Positions 44,359 to 53,943 of a DNA stretch of 64,000 bases are shown one piece after another (the first letter of the stretch is position 1; each line of letters begins with the position of its first letter). The stretch is from assembly GCA_024654535.1 (NCBI GenBank), contig JANLHL010000038.1, positions 315,824 to 379,823 of the forward strand, read 5' to 3'. Under the pieces are notes generated by a model. The model was given only the letters and a program-made list of their open reading frames with translations, was not told where the DNA came from and did no database searches. Made by a program: the position numbers and the translations under genes. Source of the DNA: Candidatus Roizmanbacteria bacterium. Its GTDB lineage: Bacteria; Patescibacteriota; Microgenomatia; UBA1406.

Positions 44359-47268
44359 ATGTCTGAAATCGTTATTCGGGGCGCACGTGTACACAATTTA
44401 AAAAACGTGTCCCTTACTATTCCAAAAAATAAACTCGTTGTATTCACCGGCGTTTCGGGATCGGGAAAGAGTTCTATGGCATTTGACACACTGTATGCAG
44501 AGGGGCAACGTCGATACGTTGAATCTCTTTCCTCCTATGCGAGACAGTTTTTAGGTATTATGGAAAAACCTGATGTAGACGCAATAGAAGGATTATCCCC
44601 CGCAATATCTATAGACCAAAAAACAGCTTCACATAATCCACGTTCGACTGTCGGAACGGTTACAGAAATATATGATTATTTGCGATTACTCTATGCGCGC
44701 GTTGGTTCTCCATTTTGTCCGAACTGTCATATAGAGGTGATCAGCATGTCTGTAGACGAAATTACACAGTCAATTATTAATGAAGTGACTACTGAAGTAT
44801 CGAAAGACAAATTGAAACCGCACGGTTTTTTTATACTTTCTCCGGTGGTGAAAAACAAAAGAGGTGAATTTGTAGAGTTATTTGACAACTTATTACACAA
44901 AGGATTTACACATGCTCGAATAGATGGGTATTTTTACGATATAGCTGAAGAAGATTTATTATTGTTCAAAAACAACAAACATACGATAGATGTGGTGATC
45001 GATAGGTTTCGAGTTGATAACGAAACGCTAAAGGATCAAAAAAAACATAAAGAATTAAATTCGCGACTTTTTCGCGCAATCGAAAATGCAACAGCACTTT
45101 CGGGAGGTATCGTCGTATTGGGGACCGTAGAGGACAGTGGTTTTGATTTGCCGACGAAGCCAAAAAAACTTTTAGAGCGAACATTTTCTGAGCAATTTGC
45201 CTGTCCGCAGTGTGGGCAAGCATTTACAGAGCTTGAACCCCGTCTTTTTTCTTTTAATTCTCCCATAGGTGCCTGCAAAGAATGCCGCGGATTGGGTGTG
45301 GTCATGCGAGCTGACGAAGAGAGGATAGTAAATAATTCACTTTCTATAGCAGAAGGAGGAGTTTTTCCGTTCAGTCGTATTATTTATTCGGATACATGGT
45401 TTGGTAGATTAGTAAAACAAGTGTTGGAGGAGTTTCATATAGATGCGAACGTACCGCTCAAAGCATTATCTCAAGAACAGAGAGACGTGCTGTTGTACGG
45501 AACGAAAAAGATTTTTCACGTGCGCGGTAGAAATAGAGAAGGTGCAATGACCTCAATACATGAACCGTTTCGTGGATTTGTGAAAGAAATTGAACATCGC
45601 TACTATGATGCCGCTGATTCTACTTTTGATATGGGGCGCTATATGAAAGAAGAGGTGTGTCCATTGTGTAAAGGCGCTCGTTTGAATGAGCTTGCAAGAA
45701 GTGTTCATGTGGGAAGTAAAAATATTGTTGAATTGTGCGACATGCCAATTTCACAGGAATTGACGTATCTACATGCACAAAAAGAAACGATGGGTGAACG
45801 AAGACTCCAAATAGCCCAACCTATTTTGAAAGAAATAGATTCACGTCTTTCTTTTTTAATGCAAGTTGGACTATCGTACCTTACATTATCTCGTCGCGCG
45901 AATACGCTTTCAGGTGGCGAAGCGCAACGTATACGACTTGCCTCACAGATTGGTACGGGGTTAACGGGTATTACCTACGTCTTAGATGAACCGTCTATTG
46001 GTCTCCATGCGAGAGATGTTTCTCGTTTACTGGATGCTCTAAAACATCTGCGAGATCTGGAAAATAGCGTTATAGTGGTCGAACATGATTGGGAAACTAT
46101 CTACAACGCAGATCATATTGTAGATTTTGGTCCTTATGCCGGTAAGCACGGTGGAGAGGTTATAGCACAGGGTACAAGGTCTGACATTGAAAATACAAGC
46201 GCCTCAATTACCGGGAGTTATTTATCTGGGAAAAAAACTATACCTATTCGTAGAAGCACTCTCAACACACCTTCGATGTTGGAGTTTATAGGATGTACTG
46301 AAAACAATTTGCAGAATATTTCTGTTTCTCTTCCGTTGAATCGTATGGTAGGAGTTACCGGAGTGTCTGGATCTGGAAAGTCAAGCTTATTACTCGATAC
46401 AGTCTATACCGTTATAAAAAATTCCATAGATCCCTATTACAAAGGTCAACTTGGAAAAATTAAAGATGTCAGAGGTCTGGCGCAGCTTGAACGGGTTGTA
46501 TTAATCGATCAGTCACCCATTGGGCGTACTCCTCGATCAAATCCCGCCACTTATACCGGAGTTTTTACTGCTATAAGAGAAGTGTTTGCGCTCACGCAAG
46601 ATGCAAAAGCGAGAGGATATAGCCCTGGTCGTTTTTCGTTCAATGTGCGCGGCGGAAGGTGTGAAAATTGTCAAGGTGCAGGAGTGATAAAAGTGGAAAT
46701 GCAATTTTTAGCCGATCTATATGTGACGTGCGATGTATGTAAGGGAAAACGGTATAACAGAGAAACGCTTGATGTTGTATATAAAGATAAAAATATTGCG
46801 GAAGTTTTGGCTATGACTGTAGAAGAAGCACTCGAGTTTTTTGAAAATAATGCGAAGATCAGTAAGGTCTTAATGGTACTAAACAGTGTCGGATTGGGAT
46901 ATATAGAACTGGGACAGAGCGCTCCAACACTATCTGGAGGTGAGGCACAACGTGTAAAACTCGCAAAAGAACTTTACACAAATGTCAATATGCACACCAT
47001 ATATATACTTGACGAGCCAACGACTGGACTTCATTTTTATGATGTGGATAAATTAATTTCAGTGCTTCGTCATTTGGTAGATCAAGGAAATACTGTATTT
47101 TTAGTTGAGCATAATCTAGATGTGATAAAAAACTGTGATTATGTCATAGATTTAGGTCCCGAAGGCGGCGATGAGGGAGGCTCTGTAGTATTCCAGGGGA
47201 GCATACAAGACATTCTTAAAAATACTGCTTCATACACAGGCAAGTATTTGAGAGAATATATGAAATGA
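44359..47268 (+). CDS. uvrA: Excinuclease ABC subunit A
   Basis: Two Walker A motifs (GVSGSGKSS twice), two LSGGEAQR signatures, and zinc modules (CPNC, CPQC..C..C, CENC..C..C). Confidence 0.97.
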   Translation: MSEIVIRGARVHNLKNVSLTIPKNKLVVFTGVSGSGKSSMAFDTLYAEGQRRYVESLSSYARQFLGIMEKPDVDAIEGLSPAISIDQKTASHNPRSTVGTVTEIYDYLRLLYARVGSPFCPNCHIEVISMSVDEITQSIINEVTTEVSKDKLKPHGFFILSPVVKNKRGEFVELFDNLLHKGFTHARIDGYFYDIAEEDLLLFKNNKHTIDVVIDRFRVDNETLKDQKKHKELNSRLFRAIENATALSGGIVVLGTVEDSGFDLPTKPKKLLERTFSEQFACPQCGQAFTELEPRLFSFNSPIGACKECRGLGVVMRADEERIVNNSLSIAEGGVFPFSRIIYSDTWFGRLVKQVLEEFHIDANVPLKALSQEQRDVLLYGTKKIFHVRGRNREGAMTSIHEPFRGFVKEIEHRYYDAADSTFDMGRYMKEEVCPLCKGARLNELARSVHVGSKNIVELCDMPISQELTYLHAQKETMGERRLQIAQPILKEIDSRLSFLMQVGLSYLTLSRRANTLSGGEAQRIRLASQIGTGLTGITYVLDEPSIGLHARDVSRLLDALKHLRDLENSVIVVEHDWETIYNADHIVDFGPYAGKHGGEVIAQGTRSDIENTSASITGSYLSGKKTIPIRRSTLNTPSMLEFIGCTENNLQNISVSLPLNRMVGVTGVSGSGKSSLLLDTVYTVIKNSIDPYYKGQLGKIKDVRGLAQLERVVLIDQSPIGRTPRSNPATYTGVFTAIREVFALTQDAKARGYSPGRFSFNVRGGRCENCQGAGVIKVEMQFLADLYVTCDVCKGKRYNRETLDVVYKDKNIAEVLAMTVEEALEFFENNAKISKVLMVLNSVGLGYIELGQSAPTLSGGEAQRVKLAKELYTNVNMHTIYILDEPTTGLHFYDVDKLISVLRHLVDQGNTVFLVEHNLDVIKNCDYVIDLGPEGGDEGGSVVFQGSIQDILKNTASYTGKYLREYMK

Positions 47269-49076
47269 GGCGTTATTTTTTCTTGATTATTGCAACGGTT
47301 TTTTTTGTACTTTCTGCATACGGCGTTCAGGCTTCCCCGTTTTTGTCCACCAGTCTTACTGATCGTTATGTTTTATCTGAGAGTTCTTCGGTGCGAGTTG
47401 AGAGATCCTTAACGTTTACCAATAGGCTGAGCGATCACGCAATAGAAAGTTACACAATGTTCTTTAGTAGTCAATCCACCCCTAAAAATATAGTTGTACA
47501 AGAGGATGGTTTAGAGGCATCATATGCAACGCGTCGAGAAAATGATTTATTGGCTCTTGTTGTCACTTTTAAAAATCCGGTGCAAGGTGTTGGAAAAGAA
47601 AAAAAATTGTTTGTCAGTTATGATTTCGATGGGCTAGTAAACAATCAGCAGGGATATAAGGAGCTCATGTTACCAGTAGATCCTAAGAATACAGAATACG
47701 AACAGTACGATATAGAAGTAGTTGCACCACGTGACTTTCCCACGTTAGGATTATCGAAACCAAGGGTAAGTACGGTAGGAGATCATACCTATCTATGGAC
47801 AAATGTGCAAACAATGTCTGAGCAGAGTGTTTATATCGCATTTGGCGCGCAGGCATTTTATACTGTAGAGCTTCACTATGCACTAAAGAATGAAGATGGT
47901 GTTCCTCATAGATATGAGATTCCTTTTATTCCCGATGGTGCATATCAAAAGGCATATATTGAGAGTATTGATCCTATCCCTGAAAAAACAAGGATAGACG
48001 AAGACGATAACATACTCGGTTCATACATTGTCGAATCCAATTCGGTTAAAAATATTACTCTTCAAGCGACCGTAGCGTTGAATTCTATTCTTCGACCTGA
48101 GTTGCAAACATACTTTCGTGAAAAATACAAAAAAATGGGCATGGGCAGATATCTAACACAAGAAAACTACTGGTCATTGCCGCAGAGCGTTGGCGAGTTT
48201 AAGACGTCAAAAGATATTTATTCGTATGTTGTCGACACGCTCTCATATGACACATCTCGCATTAATGGTAACTTACAGCGCATGGGTGCTGCGTGGATAG
48301 TACAGAATCCAAACAGGGCAGTGTGTATGGAGTATACAGACCTCTTTGTTGCATTGGCGCGTGAATCTGGTATAGGTGCTCGTGAAGTTATTGGGTATGG
48401 TGTTACCGGTGGAGATACTTCTCTTCCGCTGTCTTTTCTAGGTGATGTTTTACACGCGTGGCCAGAGTATTATGATACGGCGCGTGAAATATGGCATCCT
48501 ATTGATCCAACGTGGGGAGATACCTCTGGAGTAGATTACTATTCGTCGCTTGATTTGAATCATATTGCTTTTGTCTATCATGGTACGAGCGCGCTTTTTC
48601 CGCTTCCTCCAGGTGTTTATAAACTGAAACAAAATACGAAAGATGTCTATGTGCGTTCAACGACAACGATGCCTCGAGAAACAAAAATGCTTGTTGCAAC
48701 TGGAGAAAGACAACGCTTTACGTCGGGGAAGAAAAACGTACTAAAATTTGCAGTGCGATCTGAGTCGAATATCGTACTGTATGAGGTGCTCGTTGAGTTA
48801 AAAGATGAACGAGGTAGAACCGTTACTACGAAAAATATTCCTATTCTTGCACCCTTTCAGACTAAAGATATGGATATGGCCATCGATGTTTCACAGAACC
48901 TTATGTGGCACCGCGGTACGTATACTGTCGTTTCAGATGGAGAATCGGTTGGTACGATAGAATACGAAACATATAGCCGCATTATAGCTTTTCTTATTCG
49001 GTATTGGTATATAGTGAGTGGGATAGTTTTTGTAGGTTTTGTATATATTTTTAGTTCAAAAAAAACAAAAAAATGA
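47265..49076 (+). CDS. Transglutaminase-like (Cys-His-Asp core) protein with an N-terminal signal/TM and a C-terminal TM
   Basis: CMEYTDLFVALARESGIGAREVIGY...HAWPEYY...WHPIDPTW. ATGA overlaps with both uvrA and uvrC. Confidence 0.7.
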   Translation: MRRYFFLIIATVFFVLSAYGVQASPFLSTSLTDRYVLSESSSVRVERSLTFTNRLSDHAIESYTMFFSSQSTPKNIVVQEDGLEASYATRRENDLLALVVTFKNPVQGVGKEKKLFVSYDFDGLVNNQQGYKELMLPVDPKNTEYEQYDIEVVAPRDFPTLGLSKPRVSTVGDHTYLWTNVQTMSEQSVYIAFGAQAFYTVELHYALKNEDGVPHRYEIPFIPDGAYQKAYIESIDPIPEKTRIDEDDNILGSYIVESNSVKNITLQATVALNSILRPELQTYFREKYKKMGMGRYLTQENYWSLPQSVGEFKTSKDIYSYVVDTLSYDTSRINGNLQRMGAAWIVQNPNRAVCMEYTDLFVALARESGIGAREVIGYGVTGGDTSLPLSFLGDVLHAWPEYYDTAREIWHPIDPTWGDTSGVDYYSSLDLNHIAFVYHGTSALFPLPPGVYKLKQNTKDVYVRSTTTMPRETKMLVATGERQRFTSGKKNVLKFAVRSESNIVLYEVLVELKDERGRTVTTKNIPILAPFQTKDMDMAIDVSQNLMWHRGTYTVVSDGESVGTIEYETYSRIIAFLIRYWYIVSGIVFVGFVYIFSSKKTKK

Positions 49077-50371
49077 TACGTGGAAGAATACCTATCGATA
49101 GTGAATCTCTTAAAAATTTACCGAATACTACAGGTGTTTATTTTTTTTTGAACAAAGAAAACGTTCCAGTTTATATCGGTAAGGCAATCAATATAGCCGC
49201 TCGTATAGGTAATCATATTGCAGACACAAAAAATATAAAAGAAGCAAAAATGAGAGAGGCAAGTGCATACCTAGATTGGCGTGAAACAAATTCAGAGTTT
49301 GAGGCACTGTTACTTGAGGCAAAAATGATCAAGAAATACAGCCCTGTATTCAATGTGTCACTGAAAGATGATAAAACGAATGCGTATATTGTCATCCCAA
49401 AACAAAAACTGCCTCGAATTTTATTTGTTCGTGAAAATCAAATACCGGATAACCTGTTGTTTTGGTTTGGTCCACTTACCTCAATGCATATGGCTCGTTC
49501 TCTTATGCGCCGCATACGTCGCAGCATCCCATTCTGTACTGATCAACGAAAATCTGCGTGTTTCTATAGTCATATAGGTTTGTGCTCACCGTGTCCTGGT
49601 GTGATAGAAAAGCTAGAAAACGGTGAAGAAAAAAAAGTATTAACTTCACAATACAATCGCAATATTCGTCGCGTTATAAGTGTATTGAATGGTAACGGAG
49701 AGCGTGTTATACGACTACTAAAGCGTGATATGAAAGAATATTCAGATAATGAGCAATTTGAAGAAGCTGCTATTATTCGAAATCGAATGACACATTTGCA
49801 TGAATTATTTCGAAAACGACTGTTCTTTGATGAACAGTTAGAAGATCCGATGTTTCTTTATAAAAAAAGGACTGAAGATAGTGAAGATCTAAAAAGGGTA
49901 TTGGCGATGTCAAAGCTTGATAGAATAGAATGTTTTGATGTCAGTTTGTTTTCGGCAAAACAGGCTGTTGCGAGCATGGTTGTTTTTACGCAAGGTGCGC
50001 CGAACAAAAAAGAGTATAGGCGCTTTCGGATACGTAAAAAGTCAATATACGATCCACAGATGCTTGCAGAAGTCTTGAAGCGTCGATTAACACACACGGA
50101 GTGGCAATTACCAGATGTCATAATAATAGACGGAGGACGTCCACAGTTGCGTTACGTTTTTACAAGCCTAGAAAAGCAATTGGGAGTAATTCCTGAAATT
50201 ATCGGAATAGCGAAACGTCCAGATAGACTGATTCGAGCTCGAACACTCGAGCCAATAGATGTCACTTCTGATTCTCCTGCTCTGCATTATGTTCAGAGAG
50301 CTCGTGATGAAGCTCATAGATTTGCACGAAAATATCATATATCACTCAGAACGAAGCTACAGTTTCGGTGA
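49073..50371 (+). CDS. uvrC: Excinuclease ABC subunit C (short form without the C-terminal HhH domain)
   Basis: GIY-YIG (GVYFFLNKENVPVYIGKA), UVR motif (EQFEEAAIIRNRMTHL) and endonuclease domain ending RDEAHRFARKYH. 432 aa. Confidence 0.9.
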   Translation: MIRGRIPIDSESLKNLPNTTGVYFFLNKENVPVYIGKAINIAARIGNHIADTKNIKEAKMREASAYLDWRETNSEFEALLLEAKMIKKYSPVFNVSLKDDKTNAYIVIPKQKLPRILFVRENQIPDNLLFWFGPLTSMHMARSLMRRIRRSIPFCTDQRKSACFYSHIGLCSPCPGVIEKLENGEEKKVLTSQYNRNIRRVISVLNGNGERVIRLLKRDMKEYSDNEQFEEAAIIRNRMTHLHELFRKRLFFDEQLEDPMFLYKKRTEDSEDLKRVLAMSKLDRIECFDVSLFSAKQAVASMVVFTQGAPNKKEYRRFRIRKKSIYDPQMLAEVLKRRLTHTEWQLPDVIIIDGGRPQLRYVFTSLEKQLGVIPEIIGIAKRPDRLIRARTLEPIDVTSDSPALHYVQRARDEAHRFARKYHISLRTKLQFR

Positions 50372-50398
50372 GAAGTATCGGTAATTTTTGATTTTGTA

Positions 50399-50404
50399 TA
50401 CAAT
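50399..50404 (+). promoter_or_regulatory. -10 box TACAAT, 9 nt before the ATG at 50414
   Basis: ttgtaTACAAT-agttatatt-ATG. Confidence 0.45.
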
Positions 50405-50413
50405 AGTTATATT

Positions 50414-50824
50414 ATGCGTAGTTACATTAGAAGAGTTGTATATTATATGGGCGCACTGTATGCAACGAGTATACTCATTCCAGGATTTTCAGTTATGCAA
50501 TCGGCGAAGGGTTTTCTGATAGCCTCTATTGTGGTGACACTTGCATTTACTTTTTTATCTCCACTCATACGAGTTGTGCTACTTCCTATTAACATAATTA
50601 CTCTCGGGATATTTTCTTGGTTGGCACAAGTGGTGGTATTTTATATTGCGCTTTTATTTTTCCCAACACTGTTTTCAATTAGGAGTTGGAATTTTGTTGG
50701 GTGGCAAGTAACACAGCTAGGTATTACAATAGCACCGATGAGCATCAGTGTATTTGCTACTATTATTATTGCAGCACTTATGATAAGCTTTATAGCGGCA
50801 GTAGTTCAATGGATATTGGGATGA
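50414..50824 (+). CDS. DUF360 / phage-holin-4-like family 4-TM membrane protein
   Basis: Four TMs, with GALYATSILIPGF...LPINIITLGIFSWL resembling the YvlD/DUF360 family. Confidence 0.6.
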   Translation: MRSYIRRVVYYMGALYATSILIPGFSVMQSAKGFLIASIVVTLAFTFLSPLIRVVLLPINIITLGIFSWLAQVVVFYIALLFFPTLFSIRSWNFVGWQVTQLGITIAPMSISVFATIIIAALMISFIAAVVQWILG

Positions 50825-51036
50825 AAATAATACTTGACACACTCTATATACTAGTAGCGGTAGCTGTTATATTGCTTATTTTGTTTCAAGGTCGTGGTGC
50901 AGGTCTGGGTAGTGCATGGGGCGGTTCCGGCGAATCATTTTCGACACGCAGAGGGGTAGAACGCATTACTTTTATGGTATGCATCTTTTGTGTCGCGCTC
51001 TTTTTGGTACTATCTATAGTAAAGTTGTTAGTATGA
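50821..51036 (+). CDS. secG: Preprotein translocase subunit SecG
   Basis: MKIILDTLYILVAVAVILLILFQGRGAGLGSAWGGSGESFSTRRG. Re-called inside ORF 50686..51036, with an ATGA overlap with the previous gene. Confidence 0.8.
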   Translation: MKIILDTLYILVAVAVILLILFQGRGAGLGSAWGGSGESFSTRRGVERITFMVCIFCVALFLVLSIVKLLV

Positions 51037-52412
51037 AAAGCTTCATAAAGCAATTTCGTTTTTCTTACTGGTTATTTAAATCATTTCTTTCCAAACACGT
51101 TCGAGTCATAATCGGCGTATTTGTTGGAGTATTTCTTTTCATATTTCTTACTTCCAGTTTTGGTGATTTTTTTTCTGCTTTTTTCTCATTTAACAAGCAT
51201 AGAGTTGGCGTACTTTCATATGCGAATCAGGGAAATTTACCTATCGAGGTTTTAAATAGAATATCGCTACCTTTAGTTGGGTATGATAAAAAAGGGAATT
51301 TGACATACCAACTCGCAACAAATATTACCCCAACTCAAAAAGGGAATGGGCAAGAGTATTCGGTTACCTTAAAGCATGGGTATTTATGGCAGGATGGTTC
51401 AATATTTAACGCACAAACAATAGACTTGAAATCTGTTGAATTTCCAAGAGTAATGACAAAAGTCAAAAGCTCGGATACTATAACGTTCACGCTTGAGAAA
51501 CCATTGGTCAGTTTTCCTTCGTTATTGACTACACCTTTAGTAAAACAAAACTTTGTTGGCGCAGGCGGGCAGTATAAAATAGCATCAATCCGTTATAAAT
51601 ATGGCGAACTACAACGGGTTGTTATTACACCGCTAGTCAAAAATATGCCTGTTTTGGAATACAAGTTATACAATACTCAGGAAGATATGGTACTGGGTTA
51701 CAAGTTAGGTGAAATTGACGAATTTTCTACCTACGATCCGGCAATTCCTCCTATTTTTTCAAGTTGGAGAAATTCACATATCCAAAAGGTCCCCGATGTT
51801 AAAAAGGTCGTAACGCTTTTCATGAATACAAAAAAAGATCCTTTTGATAACAGGGTTATTCGCCAGGCAGTCGCTCAGGGAATACGCTACAATAAATTTG
51901 ATGTTTATGGGCCAAGGGCATATACATCTATTTTGCCATTTTCTTGGGCATATAACCCAAATGTGAAGGTATACAATACAGACCTTACTATTGCGAAGGG
52001 CCTCGTTGACAAAAATAATTCAAAAGGGAAAGTGTTAACCCTTTACACTTCCTATGAACTGAATCACGTAGCAGAACAAATCAAATCATCTTTGAATGAA
52101 ATTGGCTTACGTGTCACCATACGTTACGCCAACTATGTCCCTACATCAAAAGAAGAATACGATATGTTTTTAGTTATTTTAGAACCTAGCATAGATCCAG
52201 ATCAATATATATTTTGGCATCAGACGCAACAACAGACCAATTACAGTAAATTTACCAATCTGAAGGTTGATAAATTACTCGAAGACGGAAGAATTAAGAA
52301 AACACAGAAAGCGAGAAAAGAAATTTATTTCAAATTCCAAGATATTCTTGCCGAAGAAGTACCCGCACTGTTTTTATACTATCCAAATTTGTATATTATT
52401 TCCCGTAAATGA
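51033..52412 (+). CDS. ABC-transporter-type substrate-binding protein, family 5 (peptide/nickel-like), TM-anchored
   Basis: YSVTLKHGYLWQDGSIFNAQ and DPDQYIFWH...YSKFTNLKVDKLLEDGR...ILAEEVPALFLYYP are SBP_bac_5-like. No permease or ATPase is adjacent. The start is re-called to 51033 (ATGA overlap with secG). Confidence 0.7.
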   Translation: MKSFIKQFRFSYWLFKSFLSKHVRVIIGVFVGVFLFIFLTSSFGDFFSAFFSFNKHRVGVLSYANQGNLPIEVLNRISLPLVGYDKKGNLTYQLATNITPTQKGNGQEYSVTLKHGYLWQDGSIFNAQTIDLKSVEFPRVMTKVKSSDTITFTLEKPLVSFPSLLTTPLVKQNFVGAGGQYKIASIRYKYGELQRVVITPLVKNMPVLEYKLYNTQEDMVLGYKLGEIDEFSTYDPAIPPIFSSWRNSHIQKVPDVKKVVTLFMNTKKDPFDNRVIRQAVAQGIRYNKFDVYGPRAYTSILPFSWAYNPNVKVYNTDLTIAKGLVDKNNSKGKVLTLYTSYELNHVAEQIKSSLNEIGLRVTIRYANYVPTSKEEYDMFLVILEPSIDPDQYIFWHQTQQQTNYSKFTNLKVDKLLEDGRIKKTQKARKEIYFKFQDILAEEVPALFLYYPNLYIISRK

Positions 52413-53119
52413 AAATAGCTTCACTGTATGTGGTGGGGATGCCCATTGGTAATAGTGCAGATATAAGTGTGAGAGCTCTCTCAATTTTGCAATCAGTGAA
52501 GTATATTTATACAGAAGATACGCGTTCTTTTCATAATTTTTTGACGGTTCTTGAACGGGATAATAAAACTATTCATTTTACTAATAAAGACATCAAATCG
52601 TGTTTTGGGGAAAATCAATATATGCGTGCGAAAGAAATATGCGAGCTTGTCTTGGGTGGAGAGAATGTGTGTTTACTCTCAGAAGCAGGTATGCCACTCG
52701 TATCAGATCCAGGAGCATACGTCGTTGAATACTGTCGAAGAAAGGGAGTGAGTATACAGGTAATCCCAGGGCCAAGCGCACTTACGACTGTTATGGCTCT
52801 TTCTGGCTTTGAACCAAAATCAACTATATTTTTAGGATATGTGCCAAAAAAAAAGAGTGTATTCGCCGAAATAGCCAAGGTGCCTATACCTGCATTGTCG
52901 TATCCACTCTGCGTAGTGTTTTTTGAGAGTTCACACCGGATAATAAAGACTCTTGTAGAACTTACAAAACTTGATGCACGTATTTGTATTGCCCGTAACA
53001 TGACAAAGCAGGATGAGCAGGTGTGGGTTGGTGTGGCGAGTGAGATAGATGTTTCCCTATTTCCCGAAAAAGGTGAATATACGTGCGCTTTACTGGTACA
53101 GAAGAGTAATGCTATATAA
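52409..53119 (+). CDS. rsmI: 16S rRNA (cytidine1402-2'-O)-methyltransferase RsmI
   Basis: LYVVGMPIGNSADISVRALSILQSVKYIYTEDTR and GMPLVSDPG (tetrapyrrole-methylase fold). Confidence 0.85.
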   Translation: MKIASLYVVGMPIGNSADISVRALSILQSVKYIYTEDTRSFHNFLTVLERDNKTIHFTNKDIKSCFGENQYMRAKEICELVLGGENVCLLSEAGMPLVSDPGAYVVEYCRRKGVSIQVIPGPSALTTVMALSGFEPKSTIFLGYVPKKKSVFAEIAKVPIPALSYPLCVVFFESSHRIIKTLVELTKLDARICIARNMTKQDEQVWVGVASEIDVSLFPEKGEYTCALLVQKSNAI

Positions 53120-53142
53120 GAATATCCAACCTGCTTGCCAAC

Positions 53143-53220
53143 TTTGATATTTGTCTTTGGGCATTTATTGGATATTTGAACTTGGATATTGAATATTCTT
53201 TGGGTATTTGATATTGGGGT
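53143..53220 (+). repeat. Cluster of 4-5 short direct repeats, TTG(G)ATATT(T)GA
   Basis: TTGATATTTG, TTGGATATTTGAA, TTGGATATTGAA and TTGGGTATTTGATATTGGGG at 14-17 nt spacing, just upstream of the yqeY -10 box. Confidence 0.4.
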
Positions 53221-53226
53221 TTCTTC

Positions 53227-53235
53227 TGTTATACT
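53227..53235 (+). promoter_or_regulatory. Extended -10 TGTTATACT, 6 nt before the yqeY ATG
   Basis: TGTTATACT-tttctc-ATG. Confidence 0.55.
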
Positions 53236-53241
53236 TTTCTC

Positions 53242-53676
53242 ATGTTGCGTCAACAAATACAGGCAGATATAACGCGTTTTGCGAAAGAAAAGAAACAGCA
53301 AGAGGTAGAGGTACTGCGCAGTATTTTTTCTGCTATAAAAAATCAGGAAATTGAATTAAAACGAGAGTTGAATGATGAAGAGATAATCAAAATATTAAAA
53401 AAATATGCAAAAGATCTAAAAGAGGCGAATGAAATGTTTGAGGCAGGTGGTAGAGATGATTTGATAGAACAAAATAATCGAGAAATAGAGATAGTAAGTG
53501 TGTATATGCCAGCTGAGCTTTCAGATGAAGAAATAGAGAAAATGGTGCGAATGGTATTAGAAAAAACTCCGGATGAAAAAAATGTCGGTAGACTTATTGG
53601 GCTTAGTATGAAAGAGCTTTCAGGAAAAGCTGATGGCAGTAGGGTGGCTGGAATAGTACGAAAAATTGTTAACTGA
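53242..53676 (+). CDS. yqeY: GatB/YqeY domain protein
   Basis: RSIFSAIKNQEIE...YAKDLKEANEMFEAGGRDDLIEQNNREIEIV..YMP is a typical YqeY pattern. Confidence 0.8.
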   Translation: MLRQQIQADITRFAKEKKQQEVEVLRSIFSAIKNQEIELKRELNDEEIIKILKKYAKDLKEANEMFEAGGRDDLIEQNNREIEIVSVYMPAELSDEEIEKMVRMVLEKTPDEKNVGRLIGLSMKELSGKADGSRVAGIVRKIVN

Positions 53677-53773
53677 TATTTATATTCTTTCTCCTTCGCA
53701 AATAGACTCCGATTTGATACAATAAACTCTGTTTTAGCTAACAACCAACAGCAAATGGCTGATAGCTACTATA

Positions 53774-53858
53774 GCCCAGGTGGTGAAATTGGTATACACG
53801 TACGCTTGAGGGGCGTATGCCGAAAGGTGTGGAGGTTCAAGTCCTCTCCTGGGCACCA
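53774..53858 (+). tRNA. tRNA-Leu (anticodon GAG), long variable arm, CCA encoded
   Basis: GCCCAGG/CCTGGGC acceptor stem, anticodon stem TACGC/GCGTA with loop TT-GAG-GG, variable arm TGCCGAAAGGTGT, and a TTCAAGT T-loop. Confidence 0.9.
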
Positions 53859-53869
53859 ACAAAAAAATT

Positions 53870-53943
53870 GACCGCTTAGCTCAGTTGGTTAGAGCATCGC
53901 GTTTACATCGCGGGGGTCGGGGGTTCGAATCCCTCAGCGGTCA
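53870..53943 (+). tRNA. tRNA-Val (anticodon UAC), CCA not encoded
   Basis: GACCGCT/AGCGGTC acceptor stem, anticodon loop TT-TAC-AT, and a TTCGAAT T-loop. Confidence 0.9.

Noticed and set aside
50414-50824. Holin-family (DUF360) gene as a sign of a prophage.
   Set aside because: No endolysin, terminase, capsid, integrase or other phage genes are nearby. The gene is ATGA-coupled to secG in a housekeeping operon.
53143-53220. TTGGATATTTGA repeat cluster considered as DnaA boxes / oriC.
   Set aside because: The repeats match the DnaA box (TGTGGATAA) at only about 6 of 8 positions. No dnaA, dnaN or AT-rich unwinding element is adjacent. The repeats coincide with -35-like hexamers of the yqeY promoter, so they are kept only as a low-confidence repeat feature.
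52615-53301. 228-aa minus-strand ORF.
   Set aside because: It is entirely antisense to rsmI and to the yqeY promoter region, with no family resemblance. rsmI is well supported.
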